From Rhizodiscina lignyota (lineage: Eukaryota): a stretch of 44,830 nt of DNA. Of this stretch, positions 44,746-44,830 are shown one piece after another (position 1 is the first letter of the stretch; each line of letters starts with the position of its first letter). The stretch is taken from contig ML978146.1 in the NCBI GenBank assembly GCA_010015805.1, forward strand, positions 124,001 to 168,830, in the 5' to 3' direction. Position numbers and translations under genes: made by a program. Under the pieces are notes generated by a model that was given only the letters and a program-made list of their open reading frames with translations, was not told the DNA's origin and did no database searches.

Positions 44746-44830
44746 CCTCTCCCCCTGAATCTGGGCTTGTATGGCCTGTGCGCTGCGCGCCCGTCCGCAC
44801 TTGATAATAACTACTTTAACTACTATCATA

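Overview
Eukaryotic DNA from a filamentous ascomycete (Pezizomycotina-type short GT-AG introns with CTRAY branch points; fungal gene families). About 19 protein-coding genes were built by manual splicing; no rRNA, tRNA, CRISPR or intact transposon was recognised. Layout: (1) 1-10.8 kb is a run of five redox genes: AIF/AMID-like flavoprotein, 3-hydroxyacyl-CoA dehydrogenase fused to a YWTD-like propeller, an anchor-less P450 divergently paired with a cytochrome b5/b5-reductase fusion, and a GMC oxidoreductase. (2) 11-17.8 kb is a housekeeping block: ARL3, an unknown membrane protein, MRPL27 and UTP14. (3) 17.8-21.8 kb is a ~4 kb two-gene module (a stop-interrupted membrane protein and a signal-anchored SAM methyltransferase) bracketed by a decayed direct duplicate of the UTP14 3' end, which looks like an insertion footprint. 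(4) 23-30 kb holds cell-surface genes: GH64 glucanase, a catalytically degenerate aspartic-protease-like membrane protein and a GPI protein. (5) 30.5-38.7 kb is a candidate catabolic cluster: an intronless CMD/AhpD-like + aldehyde dehydrogenase fusion, a Zn alcohol dehydrogenase with a GC-AG intron, and a Zn2Cys6 regulator. (6) 39-44.8 kb holds a repeat-rich orphan ORF, an SRR1-domain protein, a Dal5-like MFS transporter and an ACGCGT repeat cluster. Family calls come from motif recognition, not database searches.
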